Below are positions 62,709 through 64,000 of a stretch of DNA of 64,000 nucleotides, one piece after another. Source of the DNA: Myxococcota bacterium (lineage in GTDB: Bacteria > Myxococcota_A > UBA9160 > UBA6930). Location of the stretch: the NCBI GenBank assembly GCA_965223415.1, contig OZ245002.1, positions 2,144,001 through 2,208,000 on the forward strand, given 5' to 3'. The notes beneath the pieces were generated by a model. The model was not told where the DNA came from, did not search any database, and saw only the letters and a list, made by a program, of their open reading frames with translations. Each line of letters opens with the position of its first letter. Position 1 is the stretch's first letter. The position numbers were made by a program, and so were the translations under genes.

Positions 62709-63377
62709 ATGGAGCAACGCGAGCTCACGATCCACGTCGGCGACCGCTCCGGCGACGTGAGTGCGGTCTTACAGCGGCCCGACGGGGCCCGCGCCCTGTT
62801 CGTCTTCGCCCACGGCGCCGGCGCCGGGATGCGCCATGCCTTCATGGAGGCGATGAGCGGAGCGCTGGTCGAGCGCGGTATCGCGACGCTCCGTTACGCG
62901 TTTCCCTACACCGAAGCCGGGAAGCGCCGCCCGGACCCGCGCCCGGTCCTGCTGGCGACGGTGCGCGCCGCCGTGCGGGAGGCGCGGGAGCTCGCGGGCG
63001 GGCTGCCGCTCCTGGCCGGTGGCAAGTCGATGGGCGGTCGCATGACGTCCCTGGCCGCTTCCGAAGCCCCGCTCGAGGGCGTACGCGGCCTCGCCTTCGT
63101 CGGCTTCCCCTTGCACTCGGCCGGCAAGCCCGGCGACGAGCGTGCGGCCCACCTGGAGCAGGTCGACCTGCCCATGCTCTTCCTCCAGGGCACCCGCGAC
63201 AAGCTCGCCGACCTCACGCTCCTCGAGCCCGTCGTCGCGAAGCTCGGCGCCCGCGCGACCCTCCACCGCGTCGAAGGTGCCGACCACGGCTTCCACGTCC
63301 TGAAGCGCTCCGGCCGCACCGACGAGGAGGTCCTGGCCGAGCTCGCCGAGCAGATGAAGAAGTGGGGCCAGAGTTAA
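62709..63377 (+). CDS. Alpha/beta hydrolase family protein
   Basis: [29 protein letters not shown]. Confidence 0.92.
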   Translation: MEQRELTIHVGDRSGDVSAVLQRPDGARALFVFAHGAGAGMRHAFMEAMSGALVERGIATLRYAFPYTEAGKRRPDPRPVLLATVRAAVREARELAGGLPLLAGGKSMGGRMTSLAASEAPLEGVRGLAFVGFPLHSAGKPGDERAAHLEQVDLPMLFLQGTRDKLADLTLLEPVVAKLGARATLHRVEGADHGFHVLKRSGRTDEEVLAELAEQMKKWGQS

Positions 63378-63438
63378 GAATTCAGTTACCCCCCGGAGGG
63401 GGGTAACTGAATTCTTAACTCTGGCCCCACTTCTTCAT
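63354..63438. repeat. Perfect inverted repeat, 41-bp arms, 3-nt loop, overlapping the 3' ends of both convergent genes
   Basis: atgaagaagtggggccagagttaagaattcagttacccccc-gga-reverse complement. Confidence 0.95.
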
Positions 63439-63999
63439 TTCGGCGGCGACCTGCTCGAGGACGGCGGGGTCGGTGCCGAAGGGCTCGCTCTCGCGGGGCC
63501 AGTGGACGACGAGGTCGGTGAAGCCGGCTTCTTCGTGGCGGCCGGCGGCGTCGCGGAAGGCATCGATGGAATCGAGAGGGCGCTCGCTCAGGCCGAGGAG
63601 CGCGATGCGTTCGAGGCTCGCGAAGTCGCGGCCGACTTCGCGACACACCTCGCGCAGCCGCTCCACCCGGGCGGCGGGGCTGCCCCGGCTGTCGACGGTT
63701 ACCCAGGCCTGGCCGAGGGTCGCGGCCAGGTGCATGGCGCGGGGGCCGTCGGCGGCGACGGCGAAGGGCAGGCGGGGCCGCTGCACGCAGCCCGGGATCG
63801 CCCGGGCCTCGTCGGCAGAGTAGAAGCGCCCCTCGAAGCTCATGGCGGGCTCGCAGAGCAGGCGGTCGAGGAGCGTCACGAACTCCTCGAAGCGGTCGGC
63901 GCGCTCGCGGGGGCTCCAGGCTTCCTGCCCCAACGCCGTGGCGTCGAAGCTCAGGGCGCCTGCGCCGATACCCAGCGTGAAGCGCCCGCCGGACAGGTC
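63415..63999 (-). CDS. LLM-class flavin-dependent oxidoreductase (5' end outside window)
   Basis: Frame open to window end: DLSGGRFTLGIGAG..RADRFEEFV..PGCVQRPRLPFAVAA.GPRAM. Confidence 0.88.
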   Translation of the reverse strand, partial: DLSGGRFTLGIGAGALSFDATALGQEAWSPRERADRFEEFVTLLDRLLCEPAMSFEGRFYSADEARAIPGCVQRPRLPFAVAADGPRAMHLAATLGQAWVTVDSRGSPAARVERLREVCREVGRDFASLERIALLGLSERPLDSIDAFRDAAGRHEEAGFTDLVVHWPRESEPFGTDPAVLEQVAAEMKKWGQS

Positions 64000-64000
64000 G

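Overview
Very GC-rich bacterial DNA with no rRNA, tRNA, CRISPR array or transposase detected. Gene order and content suggest a flagellated Gram-negative of the Myxococcota/deltaproteobacterial kind (inference). (1) 1-20.8 kb: c-di-GMP/signalling genes (GGDEF, HDOD, PilZ), sthA, a degenerate sensor/sigma54-activator pair and a sigma54-driven flagellar operon flgB-flgC-fliE-fliF-fliG-fliH-fliI-[fliJ::motE-like fusion]-fliK-flgD-flgE. (2) 20.8-32 kb: assorted small enzyme, transport and regulator genes. (3) 32-53 kb: a steroid/lipid oxidation cluster that closely mirrors the mycobacterial cyp51 locus (Rv0760c-Rv0770 as I recall it), but with CYP51 fused to its 3Fe-4S ferredoxin, plus a ketosteroid dehydrogenase-like flavoprotein, an Old-Yellow-Enzyme-type reductase, a CoA ligase and two related Cys-containing proteins of unknown function. 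(4) 53-64 kb: RND efflux module, SDRs, crotonase and small genes. Non-coding highlights: three perfect 35-41 bp-arm palindromes between convergent genes (two are copies of one REPIN-like element; the third supplies an identical C-terminus, MKKWGQS, to two unrelated proteins) and many apparently leaderless genes (TANNNT 6-8 nt before the start codon). Family assignments are from motif recognition by eye, not database searches.
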